This document shows, in pieces, positions 52,776 through 64,000 of a DNA stretch of 64,000 bases; the first letter of the stretch is position 1; every line of letters starts with the position of its first letter. The translations under genes were made by a program, and so were the position numbers. The notes under the pieces are model-generated. The model made no database searches. It was not told the DNA's origin and worked only from the letters and a program-made list of their open reading frames with translations. Origin of the DNA: Mobula hypostoma (taxonomy: Eukaryota); contig NC_086101.1 of the NCBI RefSeq assembly GCF_963921235.1, forward strand, positions 682,001 to 746,000, read 5' to 3'.

Positions 52776-54724
52776 ATAGGAAACAGGGAGTAAATAAGGT
52801 GCTTGCGGAGTATAAAAAGTGCAAGAAAATATTTAAGAAGGAAATCAGGAGGGCTAAAAGAAGACATGAGGTTGCCTTGGCAGTCAAAGTGAAGGACAAT
52901 CCAAAGAGCTTTTACAAGTATATTAAGAGTAAAAGGATTGTAAGGGATAAAATTGGTCCTCTTGAAGATCAGAGTGGTCGGCTATGTGCGGAACCAAAAG
53001 AAATGGGGGAGATCTTAAATGGGTTTTTTGCGTCTGTATTTACTAAGGAAATTGGCATGAAGTCTATGGAATTAAGGGAAACAAGTAGTGAGATCATGGA
53101 AACTGTACAGATTGAAAACAAGGAGGTGCTTGCTATCTTGAGGCAAATTAAAGTGGATAAATCCCCGGGACCTGACAGGATATTCCCTTGGACCTTGAAG
53201 GAGACTCGTGTTGAAATTGAAGGGGCCCTGGCAGAAATATTTAAAATGTCGCTGTCTACGGGTGAGGTGCCGGAGGATTGGAGAGTGGCTCATGTTGTTC
53301 CGTTGTTTAAAACATATCGAAAAGTAATCTAGGAAATTATAGGCCGGTAAGTTTGACGTCGGTAGTGGGTAAATTATTGGAGGGAGTACTAAGGACAAAA
53401 TCTACAAGAATTTGGATAGACAGGGACTTAGTAGGGAGAGTCAACATGGCTTTGTGCGTGGTAGGTCATGTTTGACCAATCTATTGGAGTTTTTCGAGGA
53501 GGTTACCAGGAAAGTGGATGAAGGGAAGGCAGTGGATATTGTCTACATTGACTTCAGTAAGGCCTTTGACAAGGTCCCGCATGGGAGGTTAGTTAGGAAA
53601 ATTCAGTCGCTAGGTATACACGGAGAGGAAGTAAATTGGATTAGACATTGGCTCAATGGAAGAAGCCAAAGAGTGGTAGTAGAGAATTGCTTCTTTGAGT
53701 GGAGGCCTGTGACTAGTGGTGTGCTACAGGAATCAGTGCTGGGTCCATTGTTATTTGTCATCTATATCAATGATCTGGATGATAATGTGGTAAATTGGAT
53801 CAGCAAATTTGTTGATGATACAAAGATTGGAGGTGTAGTAGACAGTGAGGAAGGTTTTCAGAGCCTGCAGAGGGACTTGGACCAGCTGGAAAAATGGGCT
53901 GAAAATGCCAGATGGAGTTTAATACAGAGAAGTGTGAGGTATTGCACGTTGGAAGGATAAACCAAGGTAGAACATACAGGGTTAATGGTAAGGCACTGAG
54001 GAGTGCAGTGGAACAGAGGGATCTGAGAATACAGATACAAAATTCCCTAAAAGTGTCGTCACAGGTAGATAGGGTCGTAAAGAGAGCTTTTGGTACATTG
54101 GAAGTTTTTTAATCAAAGTATTGAGTATAAGAGCTGGAATGTTATGATGAGGTTGTATGAGGCAGTGGTGAGGCCGAATCTGGAGTATTGTGTTCAGTTT
54201 TGTTCACCAAATTACAGGAAGGATATAAATAAGGTTGAAAGAGTGCAGAGAAGATTCACAAGGATGTTGCCGGGACTTGAGAAACTCAGTTACAGAGAAA
54301 GGTTGAATAGGTTAGGACTTTATTCCCTGGAGCATAGAAGAATGAGGGGAGATTTGATAGAGGTATATAAAATTCTGATGGGTATAGATAGAGTGAATGC
54401 AAGCAGGCTTTTTCCACTGAGGCAAGGGGAGAAAAAAAACAGAGGACATGGGTTAAGGGTGAGGGGGGGGAAGTTTAAAGGGATCATTAGGTGGGCTTCT
54501 TCACAGAGAGTGGTGGGAGTGTGGAATGAGCTGCCAGACGAGGTGGTAAATGCGGGTTCTTTTTTAACATTTAAGAATAAATTGTACAGATACATGGATG
54601 GGAGGCGTATGGAGGGATATGGTCCGTGTGTAGGTCAGTGGGACTAGGCAGAAAATGGTTCAGCACAGCCAAGACGTGCCAAAATGCCTGTTTTTTGTGC
54701 TGTAGTTTTTCTATGGTTTCTATG
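52776..54724 (+). mobile_element. 5'-truncated CR1 LINE, frameshifted
   Basis: KSPGPD, SQHGFVRGRSCLTNL, FVDD, RPNLEYCVQF; ttctatggtttctatg tail. Confidence 0.92.
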
Positions 54725-55489
54725 AGAAAATCTGAAGATGTTGGAAATCCAAAGCAACACAAGGAACTCTGCTGAGTTCCTCCAGCATTTTGTATGTGAT
54801 GTTGTTGATGAAACAGTCTAATGTATGCTGATGAGTGAGCATCGTACATCTGTCAAAGGTCAAAATAAATCGAGAGGAAATATTTCAATCTGCAAAGGAA
54901 TGGGCAGACGGTTAAATAATTAAAACAGCAGCGGTAATTGGCAGGGTAGCTGGAAATGAACGAGAGAAAGGCAAGCGTGAGATAAAATGATAGAGTAAGA
55001 TAACAAAAGAGAGAGAGAGGCCGATAGGTAAACTGGAAGATAGATAGGTCAAGAAGGCAGAAAGATAGCCAGAAACAGATGCACAGATTGCAGGATTGTG
55101 GTGTTCCTCCAGTATCTCCTAGTCTCTGGTACAGTGTGAGAGTGTGGGATTCACTGAGAAGCTGTCAGTCTATGATACTGCACAGGACCGAAAGGAGCTG
55201 CAGAAGTTTGTAAATTTAGTCAGTTCCATCTTGGGTAGTAGCCAACAAATTACCCAGGACGTCTCAGAACGGCAACGTCCATTATTAAGGACTTCCAGCA
55301 CCCAGGGCATCCCTTTTCTCATTGTTACCATCAGGTAGGAGGTACAGAAGCCTGAAGGCACACATTCAATGATTCAGGAACAGCTTCTTCCCCTCTGAAA
55401 TTCGATTACTAAACGGACATTGAATCTTTGGACAATACCTTGTTTTCTTTTAATATACGGTATTTCTGAGTTAACACGTTTTTTTAAAT

Positions 55490-55791
55490 CTTTCTTGGCT
55501 TCCGTTAGTCTTGCGAGACCATTGATCTGCGCCTGGAAAATCTTCCCTCTCCAGGGCGCAGGCCTGAGCAAGGTTGTATGGAAGACCAGCAGTTGCCCAT
55601 GCTGCAAGTCTCCCCTCTCCACGACACCGATGTTGTCCAAGGGAAGAGCATTAGGACCCATACAGCTTGGCACCAGTGTCGATGCAGAGCTCTGTGTGAT
55701 TAAGTGCCTTGCTCAAGGACACAACATGTTCCATCGGCTGGGGCTCGAACTCACGACCTTCAGGTTGCTAACCACTTGGCCACGTGCCCAC
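55490..55791 (-). mobile_element. tRNA-derived CORE-type SINE within a Rex/Babar-like fragment
   Basis: Minus strand: A box tggccaagtgg, B box gagttcgagcc, CORE-like gtgtccttgagcaaggcacttaa; TSD tttttaaat. Confidence 0.75.
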
Positions 55792-55989
55792 TTTTTAAAT
55801 TTATTGAATATACTTATACTGTAAGCGATTTACCTTTTTATTTAGTATCCTTGTTTTTTATATTCTTTATTCTTTTTTTTCATTACTCTATTATGCATTG
55901 CATTGGACTGCTTCTACTAAATTAACAAATTTCATGTCACATGCCGGTGTTAGTAAACCTGATTCTGATTCCGAGAGTGTGGGGTTCAT

Positions 55990-58845
55990 TCGTGTGTCAA
56001 TGCAAGGAGCATTCGTAACAAGGTGGATGAATTGAATCTGCACATTGTTATTAATGAATTTGATATAGTTCGGATCACAGAAACATGGCTCCAGGGTGAC
56101 CAAGGATGGGAGGTCAACATTCAGGGATATTCAATATTCAGGAGGGATAGACATGAAAGAAAAGGAGGTGGGGTAGCATTGCTGGTTAGAGAGGAGATTA
56201 ACGCAATAGAAAGGAACGACATTAGCCGGGAGGATGTGGAATCGATATGGGTCGAGCTGCATAACTCTAAGGGGCGGAAAACGCTGGTGGGAGTTGTGTA
56301 CAGGCCACCTAACAGTAGTAGCGAGGTTGGGGATGATATTAAACAGCAAATTAGAAATGCGTGCAATAAAGGAACAGCAGTTCTAATGGGGGACTTCAAT
56401 CTACATATAGATTGGGTGAACCAAATTGGTAAGGGTGCTGAGGAAGAGGATTTCTTGGAATGTATGCGAGATGGTTTTTTGAGCCAACATGTAGAAGAAC
56501 CAACAAGAGAGCAGGCTATTCTAGGCTGGGTATTCAGCAATGAGGAAGGGTTAATTAGCAATCTTGTCGTGAGAGGCCCCTTGGGTAAGAGAGACCATAA
56601 TATGGTGGAATTCTTCATAAAGATGGAGAGTGACATAGTTAATTCAGAAACAAAGGTTCTGAACTTAAAGGAAGGGTAACTTTGAAGGTATGAGGCCTGA
56701 ATTAGCTAAGATAGACTGGCAAATGACTCTTAAAGGGTTGACGGTGGATATGCAATGGCAAGCATTTAAAGGTTGCATGGATGAACTACAACAATTGTTC
56801 ACCCCAATTTGGCAAAAGAATAAATCAAGGAAGGTAGTGCACCCGTGGCTGACGAGGGGAATTAGGGATAGTATCAATTCCAAAGAAGATGCATACAAAT
56901 AAGCCAGAAAAAGTGGCTCACCTGAGGACTGGGAAAAATTCAGAGTCCAGCAGAGGAGGACAAAGGGCTTAATTAGGAAAGGGAAAAAAGATTATGAGAG
57001 AAAACTGGCAGGGAACATAAAACTGACTGTAAAAGCTTTTATATATATGTGAAAAGAAAAAGATTGGTTAAGACAAATGTCGGTCCCCTACAGACAGAAA
57101 CAGGTGAATTGATTATGGGGAGCAATGACATGGCAGACCAATTGAATAACTACTTTGGTTCTAACTTCACTAAGGAGGACATAAATAATCTTCCGGAAAT
57201 AGTAGGGGACAGAGGGTCCAGTGAGATGGAGGAACTGAGGTAAATACATGTTAGTAGGGAAGTGGTGTTGGGTAAATTGAAGGGATTAAAGGCAGTTAAA
57301 TCCCCAGAGCCAGATGGTCTGCATTCCAGAGTGCTTAAGGAAGTAGCCCAAGAAATAGTGGATGCATTAGTGATAATTTTTCAAAACTCTTTGGATTCTG
57401 GACTAGTTCCTGAGGATTGGAGGGTGGCTAATGTAACCCCACTTTTTAAAAAAGGAGGGAGAGAGAAACCGGGGAATTATAGACCGGTTAGCCTAACATC
57501 GGTAGTGGGGAAAATTCTAGAGTCAGTTATCAAAGATGTGATAAAAGCACATTTGGAAAGCGGTGAAATCATCGGACAAAGTCAGCATGGATTTGTGAAA
57601 GGAAAATTATGTCTGTCAAATCTCACAGAATTTTTTGAGGATGTAACTAGTCGAGTGGATAGGGGAGAACCAGTGCATGCGGAATATTTGGATTTTCAAA
57701 AGGCTTTTGACAAGGTCCCACACAGGAGATTAGTGTACAAACTTAAAGCACACGGTATTGGGGGTACGGTATTGATATGGATAGAGAATTGTTTGGCAGA
57801 CAGGAGGCAAAGAGTGGGAATAAACGGGACCTTTTCAGAATGGCAGGCAGTGACTAGTGGGGTACTGCAAGGCTCAGTGCTGGGAGCCCAGTTGTTTACA
57901 ATATATATTAATGACTTAGATGAGGGAATTAAATGCAGCATCTCCAAGTTTGCAGATGACACGAAGCTGGGCGGTAGTGCTAGCTGTGAGGAGGATGCTA
58001 AGAGATGCAGGGTGACTTGGATAGGTTAGGTGAGTGGGCAAGTTCATGGCAGATGCAAATTCATGTGGATAAATGTGAGATTATCCACTTTGGTGGCAAG
58101 AACAGGAAAACAGATTATTATCTGAATGGTGGCCGATTAGGAAAAGGGGAGGTGCAACGAGATCTGGGTGTCATTGAAAGTGGGCATGCAGGTACAGCAG
58201 GCAGTGAAAAAGGCGAATGGTATGCTGGCATTCATAGCAAGTGGATTCGAGTACAGGAACAGGGAGGTACTACTGCAGTTGTACAAGGCCTTGGTGAGAC
58301 CACACCTGGAGTATTGTGTGCAGTTTTGGTCCCCTAATCTGAGGAAAGACATACTTGCCATAGAGGGAGTACAAAGAAGGTTCACCAGATTGATTCCTGG
58401 GATGGCAAGACTTTCATATGATGAAAGATTGTATCGACTAGGCTTATACTCGTTGTACTTTAGAAGATTGAGGGGGGATCTTATTGAAACCTATAAAATC
58501 CGAAAGGGAAAGACAGGCTGGATGCAGGAAGATTGTTCCCGATGTTGGGGAAGTCCAGAACGAGGGATCACAGTTTGAGGATAAAGGGGAAGCCTTTTAG
58601 GACCGAGATTAGGAAAACCTTCTTCACACAGAGAGTGGTGAATCTGTGGAATTCTCTGCCACAGGAAACAGTTGAGGCCAGTTCATTGGCTATATTTAAG
58701 AGCGAGTTAGATATGGCCCTTGTGGCTAAAGGGATCGGGGGTACGGAGGGAAGGCATGTACAGGGTACTGAGTTGGATGTTCGAAGGGCCGAATGGCCTA
58801 CTCCTGCACCTATTTTCTAATTTTCTACGTTTCTATGTTTCTATT
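55990..58845 (+). mobile_element. CR1 LINE, near-full ORF2, decayed; same family as the 26-30 kb pair
   Basis: APE domain (ITETWL, YRPPNS, GDFN, DHN) and RT nearly identical to 28361-30276, but with stops and frameshifts. Confidence 0.93.
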
Positions 58846-59014
58846 CTGTACCCGTCAGTCTTTGCTACAATGTACTCTCCGGACCGCGCAGAGTTTCCTA
58901 GCTGGCAATGAAAAGCAGCAGAAACAAGAGTTGAGATCACAGCGGGGGAGCAGTTGGAGAGGGTTTCATTGAACTTCTGTCGAAGGGAATATTCAAACTT
59001 CTTCAAAGTAGGCA

Positions 59015-59572
59015 TCCCCTATTGACATCAATGGGTCTGTGGTTGAAAGGGTGAACGGCTTTAAGTTCCTCGATGTATACATCAGCGAGGATCTCACGTG
59101 GTCCGTACACACCGGTTGTGTGGTTAAAAAAAGCACAATAGCACCTCTTTCACCTCAGACTGTTGAAGAAGTTTGGTATGGGTCCCGAAATCCTGAAGAC
59201 TTTCTCCAGGGGACGATCCTGACTAGCTGCAACACTGCCTGGTTAGGGAACTGTCCTTGTCTCATTCACAGGACTCTGCAGAGAGTGGTGTGGACAGCCT
59301 TGCGCATCTGTACATGTGAACATCCCACTATTCAGGACAGTTCCAGAGACACGTATGTAAAAAGGACCTGACGGATCGTTGGTGACCAGGGTAACCCCAA
59401 TCTCAAACTGTTCCAGCTGCTACCATCCGGGAAACAATACGGCAGCATAAAAGCCGGGACCAACAGGCTCCTGGACAGTTTCTTCCAGCAGGCCATCAGA
59501 TTGATTAATTCACCCTGATACAATCGCATTTCTATGTTATATTGACTATCCTGCTGTACATAATATTTATTA
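59015..59572 (+). mobile_element. Rex1/Babar- or L2-like LINE 3' fragment
   Basis: VERVNGFKFLDVYISEDLTWS..; LFQLLPSG..; SFFQQAIRLIN motifs. Confidence 0.7.
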
Positions 59573-62098
59573 CCATATAACATATAACCACATAACAATT
59601 TCAGCACGGAAACAGGCCATCTCGGCCCTTCTAGTCCGTGCCGAACTCCTACTCTCACCTAGTCCCACCGACCTGCTCTCGGTCCATAACCCTCCATTCC
59701 TTTCCTGTCCATATATCTATCCAATTTAACTTTAAATGACAACATCGAACCTACCTCATCAACCACTTCTGCTGGAAGATCGTTCCACACAGCCAACACA
59801 CTCAGAATAAAGAAGTTCCCCCTCATGTTACCCCTAAACTTTTGCCCTTTAACTCTCAACTCATGTCCTCTTGTTTGAATCTTCCCCATTCTCAATGGAA
59901 AAAGCCTATCTACGTCAACTCTATCAATACCCCTCATAATTTTAAACACCTCTATCAGGTCCCCTCTCAACCTTCTACGCTCCGAAGAATAAAGACCTAA
60001 CTTGTTCAACCTTTCTCTGTAACTTAGGAGATGAAACCCAGGCAACATTTTAGTAAACCTCCTCTGTACTTTCTCAATTTTATTCCTATAATTCGGTGAC
60101 CAGAACTGTACACAATACTCCAAATTTGGCCTTACCAATGCCTTATGAAATTTCAACATTACATCCCAACTCCTGTACTCAATTCACTGATTAATAAAGG
60201 CCAGCATACCAAAAGCTTTCTTCACCACCCTATCCACATGAGGTTCCACCTTCAGGGAACTATACACCATTATTCCTAGATCCCTCTGTTATACTGCATT
60301 CTTCAACGTCCTACCATTTACCATGTATGTCCTATTTTGATTAGTCCTACCAAAATGTGGCACCTCTCATTTTTCAGCATTAAACTCCATCTGCCATCAT
60401 TCAGCCCACTCTTCTAACTGGCCTAAATCTCTCTGCAAGCTTTGAAAACCTACTTCATTATCCAAAACGCCACCTATCTTAGTATCATCTGCATACTTAC
60501 TAATCCAATTCACCTCCCCATAATTCAGATCATTAATATATATGACAAACAACATTGGACCCAGTACAGATCCCTGAGGCACACCACTAGTCACTGGTCT
60601 CCAACCTGACAAACAGTTATCCACCACCACTCTCTGGCGTCTCCCATCCAGCCACTGCTGAATCCATTTTACTGCTTCAATATTAATGCCTAACGATTGA
60701 ACCTTCCTAACTAACCTTCCGTGTGGAACCTTGTCAAAGGCCTTACTGAAGTCCATATGGACAACATCCACTGCTTTACCCTCGTCAACTTTCCAAGTAA
60801 CCTCATCAAAAAATTCAATAAGATTTCTCAATCATGATCTTCCATGCACAAATCCATGTTGACTGTTCCTAATCAGACCCTGTCTATCCAGATAATTATA
60901 TATACCATCTCTAAGAATACTTTCCATCAATTTACCCACCACTGACGTCAAGCTCACAGGCCGATAATTGTTAGGTTTACTCTTAGAACCCTTTTTGAAC
61001 AAGGAACCACATGAGCAATACGCCAATCCTCCAACACCATCCCCGTTTCTAATGATATCCGAAATATTTCTGTCAGAGCCCCTGCTATTTCCACACTAAC
61101 TTCCCTCAAGGTCCTAGGGAATATCTTGTCCGGACCCGGAGACTTATTCACTATTATGTTCCTTAAAAGCGCCAGTACTTCCTCTTCTTTAATCGTCATA
61201 CTTTCCATGACTACCTTTCTTGTTTCCTTTACCTTACACAGTTCAATATCCTTCTCCTTAGTGAATACCGAAGAAAAGAAATTGTTCAAAATCTCCCCCA
61301 TCTCTTTTGGTTCCGCATATAGCCATCCACTCTGATTCTCTAAGGGACCAATTTTATCCCTCACTATCCTTTTGCTATTTATATTTTCCTCGGGATCAAT
61401 AAAGTATATCTATCTATCTATCTGTCTATCTATAACTGTAGAAAACCTTTGGATTTATTTTCACCTTACAAGCTAAAGCTGCCTCGTATCTTCTTTTAGC
61501 TTTTCTAATTTCCTTAAGATTCTTTTTACATTCTTTATATTCCTCGAGCACCTCATTAACTACAAGCTGCCTATATTTATTGTAGATCCCTCTCTTTTTC
61601 TGAACCAAGTTTCCTATATTACTTGAAAACCATGGCTCTCTCAAACTTTTAACCTTTCCTTTCAGCCTAACAGGAACATAAAGATCCTGTACCCTCAAAT
61701 TTTCACCTTTAAATGACCTCCATTTCTCTATTACATTCTTCCCATTAAAAAAATTGTCCCAATCCACTCCTTCTAAATCCTTTCGCACCTCCTCAAAGTT
61801 AACCTTTCTCCAATCAAAAATTTCAAACCTGCGCCCAGACCTATCGTTCTCCATAATTATACTGAAACTAATAGCATTGTGATCACTGGACCCGAAGTGC
61901 TCCCCAACACAAACCTCTGTCACCTGACCTATCTCATTCCCTAACAGAAGATCCAACACTGCCCCTTCTCTGGTTGGTACCTCTATGTATTGCTGCAAAG
62001 AACTACCCTGCACACATTTGACATACTCCAAACCATCCAGCCCTTTTACAGAATGGGCTTCCCAGTCTATGTGCGGAAAATTAAAATCTCCCACAATC
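59573..62098 (-). mobile_element. Decayed CR1 LINE
   Basis: [30 protein letters not shown] fragments; (cataac)n tail. Confidence 0.92.
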
Positions 62099-62448
62099 TC
62101 CTATAAATTACAATAAATTGAACTTTGCACATTTAGATGTAGACGTAACGTAAAGATTTTTACTCCACGTGTATGTGAAGGACGTAATTAGTAAAGTCAA
62201 TTCAATTCAATTCCATGGGAGGGACTTCACGGTGCAGAAGTCGAATCACAAACGAAAAAATGTTCAGATGCTGGAAATCCAAGAAACTCACACAAATTGC
62301 TGGAGAAACTCGGCAGACCAGGTTGCTTCATGATCCTGAAGAAGGGTTTCGGCCTTAAACATCGACCGTATACTTTATTCCATGGATGCTGCTGCACATT
62401 TTCTCTTATATGGGGGAGAGAGAAACAAAAAGAACTGCTGATTACTAG

Positions 62449-62522
62449 CGTCCCTGGGTGGGCTCGAAGCACCAACCTTTCGGTTAACAGCCGAATGCGC
62501 TCACCGATTGCACCACAGAGCC
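62449..62522 (-). tRNA. tRNA-Asn(GTT), probably a pseudogene
   Basis: 74-nt cloverleaf with about 5 changes from canonical vertebrate tRNA-Asn, including an acceptor-stem mismatch and B-box G53C. No encoded CCA; T5 run about 20 nt downstream. Confidence 0.88.
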
Positions 62523-62979
62523 GAGTATTAAAAGAAGTACGAATAAATGGCACATTTCAATTGAAATGCGGTTTCCTTTTACAGCTGCATAATGTGATAC
62601 ATACGTGTTTTAAAACACGAGGATGAATAAGCCAATCAATTTCCCAACTCTTTTTCTCACACTTCCCCCTCCATGGCCCACCTATCACCTTGCTTCTCCC
62701 TTTCCTCCCCCACCTTTTAATTCTACTCCTCATTTTCTTCTTCTCCAGTCCTGCTGAAGGATCTCGGCACGAAACGTCGACTTTACTCTTTTCCATAGAT
62801 GCTGCCTGGCTTGCTGAGTTCCTACAGTATATTTTTTGTGTTGATCCGTGTCTTCTATCTCACTTGCCAAACCGGTGAATCTGCTTCCTCATAACATCTT
62901 CCCAAATCTTTGATTAAGTAGATATTCTGAGAAATATTCTTATATTGCAAAAATAAAATTCGAATTGATTAATTGAACG

Positions 62980-63316
62980 TCATCCTGGCTACCCCTCGAG
63001 GTCGAGGATGATGGCCTTCGTTCTGAAGAAGTGGCCCACAGAGTGAAGACGCCTGTGCATCTATTTGTTTAACGTGTACTTGATGTTGCACTCCAAGAAG
63101 CACACAATGCTTCACAAATCAACCAACTGATTCCAATGGCATGGAAACCACGACGATTGGAGCTGATGGATTTGTTGCAGCCTTCATCCGCCTTCACATT
63201 CCCCTTGTCAGGGACCTCACCCTCGACCTTACCGCCATGGGTGACCCTACCAGGAGCATAGCTCCAGACGGCATCGCTCTCGGGATCACAGGACGCACAA
63301 GCTTCTCCACCACGAC
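62980..63316 (-). mobile_element. Short non-autonomous element, probably RTE-derived
   Basis: Perfect 9-bp TSD aattgaacg; RTE-5'UTR-like motif ggtagggtcacccatggcggtaaggtcgaggg on the minus strand. Confidence 0.65.
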
Positions 63317-63494
63317 AATTGAACGAGAGCTATGAACACATACCAAAATAATCCACAAAAAATTTAATTTAAGAGACCTTTTTTGATTAAAGAAATAGAC
63401 TCTCTCCCTCCCAGAGGCAGACTCTTGATATGAGTTTTTTTCTCTGCTCTGCGAATGAGTTCCCAAACGTTAAATTGATATTATACTGCTGATG

Positions 63495-63496
<2 letters not shown>

Positions 63497-63573
<77 letters not shown>
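63497..63573. repeat. Compound microsatellite (TC)n(AC)n
   Basis: Directly visible. Confidence 0.97.
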
Positions 63574-63576
<3 letters not shown>

Positions 63577-64000
63577 AAATACAGAAAGCGCAGTGACTAA
63601 CAAACTGAAGGGGTAAATCTGACAACATAGTGGGGATATTGAACAAGAACACGCCTGAAAATATCTCAGAGGAATTGTCTAGATATTAGTTGTATGTGGA
63701 CGTTAATAAATACGCGATGGCCATAACCTTCTGGCAGCCTGTTACAATCGACACCAACGTAAGTAGTTCTAGAATCATTTCGAGGAAGTTCAGCTATCAC
63801 TGAAATAGAGTTATAGGAGTGATCTGGCAAACTCAGCACGAGAAATGACAGAGGTAAGAAGGGAATCTATATGAAAAGCCGAGTGACAGCAGAGTGAAGG
63901 GTGATGGAGTTTCAGCGAGGGAAGGATGAGGAAGGAAATATAAATTCTTCAGTGTTATCATTTCAGATTATCTGTCCTCGGCCCGGCACATACGTTCCAT

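Overview
This is a vertebrate nuclear window. The TE families, GPR139-like receptor copies and zinc-finger style suggest a cartilaginous fish, probably a ray (inference). Most of it is nested retroelements: about ten CR1-clade LINE copies, two decayed Gypsy LTR elements (a Gmr1-like SCAN-gag element and a PNMA-gag element, both with a tRNA-Pro PBS), several solo LTRs, a Penelope-like element (PLE) with inverted termini, an RLE-type (HERO-like) LINE inside an L1-like fragment, and SINEs. Host-derived content is a 25-finger C2H2 zinc-finger ORF with decayed flanking fingers, three disrupted GPR139/142-like orphan GPCR copies and a mutated tRNA-Asn gene. The most striking signal outside the ORF track is a dispersed set of minimal type-I hammerhead ribozymes. 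They sit in the PLE termini and in 140-350 bp TSD-flanked non-autonomous mini-elements. Coordinates were read by eye and may be off by a few bases.
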